From the NCBI GenBank assembly GCA_965203295.1, contig CBDBCZ010000019.1, positions 192,001 through 256,000 on the forward strand: a stretch of DNA of 64,000 nt. The letters are read 5' to 3'. Source of the stretch: Nitrospirales bacterium. GTDB taxonomy: Bacteria; Nitrospirota; Nitrospiria; Nitrospirales; UBA8639. The notes below the pieces were generated by a model. It did no database searches and was not told where the DNA came from. It saw only the letters and a list, made by a program, of their open reading frames with translations. Below, in pieces: positions 44,673 to 64,000 of the stretch. The translations under genes and the position numbers were made by a program. Numbering within the stretch: position 1 is the first letter of the stretch; each line of letters starts with the position of its first letter.

Positions 44673-47600
44673 ATGTTTTACGGAGCATTCGTCCTCGCCA
44701 AGAAGGGCCCTCTGGCCAAGGTGTGGCTGGCTGCCCACTGGGACAAGAAACTCACCAAGGCACACATCTTTGAAACGGATGTAGAGTCTACCGTTGACAA
44801 CATCATATCACCAAAGGTTTGTTGCTCCCATGGCCACTCAGCTGCTGTGCTGTATGGATATCCAGCTGTTAGCATTTCAGGATCAATGCCTGTATTGCAG
44901 GAGATAAACATTTACTGAAGTTTGCGCCATAGAATTCCTGGTAAAGGGCTGTTACCAAATTATGCCTACCTGTTCTCCCTCAAATAATGGTGTTATGGGT
45001 GGGGTTACAGGACCTGAGCTGCAGAGGTCTAGTAAACTTTGTGGTAGGCTTTCATTGGAAAGGACATATCACATGCGAGTCCAGATTTCTTACAAGCACT
45101 ACAGCATTGTTCCTTCAATGGCAGTGTGCTTGCGTTTCAGGTGAAGATGGCACTGCGTACATCTGGCCACCTGCTATTGGGAGTGGTGAGGATCTATTCT
45201 CGCAAGCAGAAGTATCTCATTCACGATCTCGGAGAGGCCTGTGCCAAGATCCGCATGGCTTTCAGGTGGGTAAGACCTAGCCTTGACCCCTGTACTTCAA
45301 CTTGTTGCTTACAGATGGTAAATGCCTGGTAAACTCATCACATACTACTACACTTTGAAATAAAGGTGGACATATAGTGGGCAGTGTCCGATAATAAGGT
45401 ACTGGAGATAGAATTGGGAGAGAGAGAAGAGATCTGTGAGCAAACTGTATTATCACAGAGGTAGTTTTCCCACAAGCTTCTGCAGGAGGCACATTCAACC
45501 CTCACCCCTTTGCCTCTAACTGAACCCCATTATACAGCATGAACCACTACTGCGGTACTCATAAGCTCCTGTACAAAGTTATGTGAGATTCCCATCATAG
45601 TACATGTACAGGTGCTTAAGGTGTTAGAGTAAGTGGGCAAATTTGCCTTGTTTTAATTCCCCTCTTAGGCCGGGAATTGTGGACCTGCCGGCCGAGGGGG
45701 GCGTGGCAAACCCTGATGCCATCACTCTGCCCGAGATATTTCATGATTTTGAGACGGCTGTTGCTGACTTAGGGTGAGTTTGGAATTTCTCAGACTATAT
45801 TATTCTCCGTCTCTTTGGCAAGTGCCAATGTGCTCTTATTTGAGACGGCTGTATGCCTTATATGGTAGTTCCTGTTCTGGGGGAAGACCCTATTTTTATG
45901 GATACCCTATGGATAATGTACTTGTCAGCCTAGCTCTACAGCACTTTCATTGCACTTGTATGCGTACACACTGTACTATCAACACAGGTCTTTGCAAATG
46001 GAGGACCAGTTTACGATCAACCCTAGCCGTGCCTCAGAGATCACAATGGCCGAGGACCTCACCACCACTGGTGGAGACATGTTTGGAGAATTAGAGGAGT
46101 TTGACCTCACTGGCGGAGGGTTTGGAGGTGAGGATTGCTGTTATTGTCTAATGCTTTGTTAGGTCTGGCAGATTGATCAGGGTTTCATTTAGCAAATTGT
46201 CCGGGAAGGGGGGGGGGGGGGGAGGGGCTAAGGGTAGAAGCCGGCTTGCATGACTTAAAAGCTATGCTGTATACTGGATTTTGTGAACACTTTTCTGAAC
46301 TGTTGTTGGTAGGCCCTTTGTTGTATAGAAAACAAAAGTTCCTACAAATTAATCTCTGATTGTCAACAAAATGTCCTAGCAATGTCTAATAGGCAGCATT
46401 CTGTAGGACGTGTTTCCTACCCATTTGTAGGAAATATCTTTCCTACACATACAGAGTCAGAAAAAGGTCCACCTTTATGAATTAAACACTGTTATTCCTA
46501 AATCCTTTCATACTGCTTCAGCAATGAGAAAACTCGGAGTGTGAATGGAAACAAGGCTATGAAGCCTTTTTTCTTAAATTCATGACTTAAGAGTGGCTAG
46601 AACTCTATAACAATTGTGAGAAAATTCTTTCTTCTACTGATACTTTATAGGTGGAATGGAAGACATCGAGGTTGCAAGAAAAGATGCCACTCTGCTTGAC
46701 GAGAAAGATCAGACAAATGGGGAGCTGACGAAAATCGGTGACAACACAACCATGCGCAGTGAAAAAGACAAGGCTAACTTCACCATGGAGGACCAGCTAC
46801 CCGACAGGGGGGACTTCGGTGGGGAAGACTTTCTCCAAGACGGGTTTGGTGGGGGCATGATGGACCTGGATAATCTCGGTGGACCAGGAGAGGTGCCTAA
46901 CATCTCCGATATCACACTGGAGAGAGACCAGCAAGGTGACAAAGAAGGTGCGTTTGCTTTTGTGCATTGTATGTGGAGTAATCAGTGATCTTTTAATGTC
47001 ATTTGTGTGTACATGTAGCTTCAATAGCTGGTCTACTTTCAGTCATTTGCTTTCCAAAACTCCATTTATGTACCTGTATATCTCTCTCTCCTGTCATTTG
47101 CTATCAGGAGAGCAAGGTGAAAGAGATAAGGAGACACCGATGGAAGTTGACCAGGCCCCTACTGACCAGCCAACAGTAGATGCAGGTAACTGTATTATCA
47201 AGCAAATCTTGCTAACTTATACTGTTAACTAATTAACCTTCTGCCTTCTCTATATTAGGCGACCCTGATCAGACTGTCAGAGGACCAGACATGACTGTGA
47301 TACCGTTGGAAGGGGAGGGCTTCATCCTGGAACCAGTTGACGTGTCCACGGTAACCAAGGAGCGTCGAGGGAAACGAAAGCGAAAGCTGGTTGTCGATAA
47401 TTCCAAGGAACTGACTGCAGACGATATCAGAGCTCAGTTGAACGACTGCTCCGATATAGTTCAACAGAAGTGCTTCCCTCCCCCTACCAAGAAGGCCCTC
47501 GCTTGGAAGACCATGGCAAGCAGCGAGCAACTCTTTCAGAAGCCCGGGCTTCCTCTGGCCCCGGAACTCATCAAGGTAATCACAAGGAATTACTCTACCA

Positions 47601-48181
47601 ACATTCCCGGGCTACCCGTAGACGAGGACCTGGATTTGAATTTGGATCAAGAAGAGCCCCGAAATGCCGACGTGTCTGGAATGCCGGTAGACACTACTGC
47701 TAACCTGGAGGCTGGAGACGAGATCTCAGCGGTGGCACCGCCCACTACAGAACAGCCGAGCCTCGTTGATGATACACGGCTTCTAGATCTGGAGATGGGC
47801 GGGAACGACGACCTTCTTGATCTCCCCGAGGATGCTGCCTCTCGAGTAATTCCAGAAATGCCAGATTTAGAAGCAGAAGAGGAGCCCACAGCCACCCAGT
47901 CTACCGAAGAGCGTCACAGCAACGAGCTGACGGAAGAGTTTGAGCAGCGCCGGTGGACAAAGAGAACACAGCAGGTGTTTCGCATCCTAAACCGTAACCT
48001 TTCCAACAAGAAGGACGTTCCTTTCTCGTCTCTGACCCAACGGTGCAGTCGTAAGCAAGCGGCATCTAGATTCTACACGTGCCTGCTGCTAACCAAGGAT
48101 GGTACCATTGATGTTGAGCAGTCAGAAGCGTACGGACCTATTCAGATAAGCAAAGGCCCTAGATTTGCTGAAGCAGTTTAA
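44673..48181 (+). CDS. RAD21: Cohesin kleisin subunit RAD21
   Basis: Exons 44673-44816, 45141-45265, 45669-45773, 45988-46127, 46651-46947, 47108-47185, 47259-48181. Motifs [61 protein letters not shown]; ExxR sites such as DIEVAR. Confidence 0.96.
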
Positions 48182-48450
48182 TTGTACTCACAAACATCCA
48201 CTATCATGACATCTCTTATCTTTGCCGTCTCTACTGCACCTTTTATTAATTTCATGCTGTACATATAGTGCCTGTTGTAGTGCCTGCATTTGATTCGTAT
48301 TACACTTTATTCCTCATTTTTATAGTCCCTGGGTTTTTTTTTTCAACTCGCTTTTTTTGCGTCATTATGCGCATCTGCGTCTGCCGGAAGCACTTTACTC
48401 CGTATACCACTTCCGGTAGCCACACCCACACTGCGTTCCGTTTCCAGGCA

Positions 48451-49704
48451 ATGCTAGCTCGTTTGTTCGGACTGAGTGCAGTGCTGTCTGTAGCTAGTTG
48501 CTCAGTGTTGAGAAACGCCACTGAACACGTGCCATTTTCTGTATTCCCGGAGTTTTCCTCGAACATATCATCACCGACGATGGCGGACTCGCTGCAAGAC
48601 AAGGTGGTACGAATTCTGGAGCTGAAGCCTGGCTTCCCAGAGAACATTGCGGTACAGGTATTCGACGAGAAATACTACGATCAACTCTCGCTGGAGAAGA
48701 AGAAGAGGTTTCTCAAATGCCTCAACTCTGGCATCGTAAACGAGAACTCGATCATGGGCTGCTACGCGAATTATCCGGACGACTACGAGGTCTTCAAGCC
48801 CTTCTTCAGTCGCGTCCTGGAGATCTACCACAAAGTCGACCTCTCCAAGACTAAACACGTCAACAGCTGGTCACTCAAAGGCATCCCCGGCCTGCCCGAT
48901 GACGGTGTTCTTGACCTCACCAGGCTCGGCCTTCCGCCGCTCTCCATTCGCGTACGAACGGGCAGGAACCTCAAGAAGTTCCCCCTGCCAGGCTCCATGA
49001 CCAAGGAAGACCGCGTTGCCATGGAAGTTGCCATGGGAAAGGTCTTTGATAAGCTCATCGCCATGCCCGACTTCGGAGGCCGCTACGTGTCCATCACCCC
49101 CGGACACCCCAACGAAATCACCCCGGCCGAATACGACGAACTCGTCAAGGCTCACATCATGTTTAAGGACATGTCTGTGGACAAGTACCTCCTCGCCGCT
49201 GGCATCGCCGAACACTGGCCTTACGGTCGAGGCTGCTACATCAGCAAGGACAAGGGGTTCATCATCTGGGTCGGAGAAGAGGACCACCTCCGCATCATGT
49301 GCATGAAGAAGGGCAGCATTCTCAACGAGGTCTTTGACCGCCTCAAGGCAGCCATCGACGTTGTCGAAGCCCTCATCGACGGAGGCTGTGCCTACGATGA
49401 TAAATTTGGTGTTGTCACCTCGTGCCCCACGAACATTGGCACAGGCATGCGTGCGTCTGTCCTCATCCAACTCCCCAATCTCACGGCTGACGGCACCGAC
49501 AAGAAGGTCAAAGCTATCGCCAAGCCGCTTGGTCTCTCTGTCCGTGGCCTAGGAGGCGAGCACACCCCTATCGGTGAGGACGGCACTGTCGATATCTCTC
49601 CCTCTGCTAGGTTCTGCATCTCTGAAGCTGAGATTCTCACTGCTCTCTACAAGGGAATCGAACTGCTGAAGAAAGAAGAGGAGGCCGTTGCACCCAAGAA
49701 ATGA
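48451..49704 (+). CDS. Phosphagen (ATP:guanido) kinase, arginine-kinase-like, intronless; alternative ATG at 48580
   Basis: SIRVRTGRN, WPYGRG, WVGEEDHLRI, TSCPTNIGTGMRAS, VRGLGGEH; strong GC3 bias. Confidence 0.93.
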   Translation: MLARLFGLSAVLSVASCSVLRNATEHVPFSVFPEFSSNISSPTMADSLQDKVVRILELKPGFPENIAVQVFDEKYYDQLSLEKKKRFLKCLNSGIVNENSIMGCYANYPDDYEVFKPFFSRVLEIYHKVDLSKTKHVNSWSLKGIPGLPDDGVLDLTRLGLPPLSIRVRTGRNLKKFPLPGSMTKEDRVAMEVAMGKVFDKLIAMPDFGGRYVSITPGHPNEITPAEYDELVKAHIMFKDMSVDKYLLAAGIAEHWPYGRGCYISKDKGFIIWVGEEDHLRIMCMKKGSILNEVFDRLKAAIDVVEALIDGGCAYDDKFGVVTSCPTNIGTGMRASVLIQLPNLTADGTDKKVKAIAKPLGLSVRGLGGEHTPIGEDGTVDISPSARFCISEAEILTALYKGIELLKKEEEAVAPKK

Positions 49705-50851
49705 ATTATGAGCCGACTATGATCACGTGTGGACATTCCTGTAGAAGAGATATGTTAGCCATAGGCAAAAGATGTTGTATTATTTTCAAAATGAATCAAT
49801 CACATTCATCTAGCTATAATACAGGCAACTGCATGGGTACAGTAGGTCATACGAGATTCTCGCTGTGCGCCAATAGTAGAAAACAGCCAGCATTAAATGC
49901 TGCTATCTTGGTATAATTATCAGGTTAACCTGTTTTTGTCTACATGCACGTACTTGCATGTTTTGTTACCTCAACCAATGGACCATCAACAGTGTTTAGA
50001 GACTCGAGTTAAGGTACAGTACTCCTATAGCCTGAGTGAGGGTACTATCAAAGGGAGCTCTTGGCCTCGATATCAGTGCGTGTCGCTGGAGGTTGAGGGA
50101 GCTCGTAATTGTTGAGCTCATTGGTGACTGAAGACTCGGAGATTCCAAAACCGAGGGCCAGGCCAAGGGATGACAAGGTCTTATAGCTGAATTTGTGGGG
50201 GTGCTAGGAATGTTAACTGCAGTGGGAGGGAGGATGATTGTCTTGTTTCAGTTGGAATAAAAACAGCACCGAAGTAAACAACTGCTGCTGTGTGTGGGAT
50301 TGGAACCACGTACATACAACCCCAGATCTATCTATGGTACACCCATTTCTGTGAGTGGGGAAAACATACATGCACTCAGATTCACAACCTGAATCTGTAG
50401 AGTGCAAGCCAAAACCTTTAGATCAGTTACGCCACTGCAACATGGAGTCATGAATCAAACATGCAGGATTTCAGGTGGACTGGCTCTCCAAAAATGCATG
50501 ACAACCCACAAAAATAATTTGAAAAGCACAGTAACAGATGCACTATACAAAACACAGTACACAGACACATACAAAACAACATACAAAAAGTGGATACACA
50601 GTATCCAATAGCCTTGATGACCAAGATAAATAGATGGAAAATGAGAAGCTAGTGGTATAACATTGCAAAATGGTAATATAATAATATATTACAATTCAGT
50701 TGACACCATTTTTTTGAGGTTGAATTGAAATTCAAATTATTACAGAATTCTGATAAAATCTGTAGAATAATAATCACTTGTGTCAAAAAACCCGAAAAGC
50801 TGTAGATACAGAATCGAATTATTTTTACCGACAAACTTTGTCCAGAAATAG

Positions 50852-63706
<12,855 letters not shown>

Positions 63707-64000
63707 CTCGGTCCTCCGGTGAAACGGCCCGGTGAAACAAGGGCGTCAGTCTCACAGCCTGCCCGGAGTGAGAGAGCCACTAGCCAGGCGCGATCCAGCT
63801 AAGATCACTCACGAAACGCACTGTGTGTAGCCCAGCAGTCCGAAGTCTAACACGATTTTCGATTATATAGTCGATCGCAGACGGCCTCATCCACAAGGCA
63901 ACAGCTTCACAACTTTACTAAAGACTGACTGTGAATAGTGTGGGAGGAGGAGGGGGTTCCCGTATATCGTACGGTATACCGGTATACGATGATTCTGGGT

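Noticed and set aside
48268..48450. Longer 478-aa kinase ORF start
   Set aside because: Begins at GTG in the probable RAD21 3' UTR; ATGs at 48451 and 48580 are more plausible.
48300..49640. Several antisense and alternate-frame ORFs over the kinase
   Set aside because: Expected shadows of a GC3-biased coding sequence; no recognisable motifs.

Overview
Gene-dense, intron-rich eukaryotic (animal) DNA. Short GT-AG introns, (GT)n/(CT)n microsatellites, many MITEs and intronless beta-helix/multi-TM receptor genes suggest a demosponge-like genome (inference). Genes reconstructed by hand from splice sites, in order: Vac8-like armadillo protein (-, runs off the left edge), Btz-motif RS/RGG protein (+), AlkD-type DNA glycosylase (-), intronless-CDS sulfotransferase (+) bracketed by two identical convergent 5S rRNA genes, ZC2HC1-like (-), CCDC73-like (+), divergent PYCR paralog (+), two tandem-duplicated ~1,280-aa Pmp-repeat/Cys-rich/multi-TM receptor genes (+), canonical PYCR (-), RAD21 (+), intronless phosphagen (arginine) kinase (+) and a Bfr1-like coiled-coil gene (-). 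Most interesting: (1) a TA-flanked MITE in the coding sequence of one receptor copy has splice sites positioned to remove it as an in-frame 156-nt intron; (2) the inverted 5S pair around the SULT; (3) a spliced AlkD with intact catalytic motifs; (4) a 5.2-5.4 kb tandem duplication leaving spare terminal exons for both PYCR genes and receptors with divergent ectodomains. All protein identities come from recalled motifs, not database searches.
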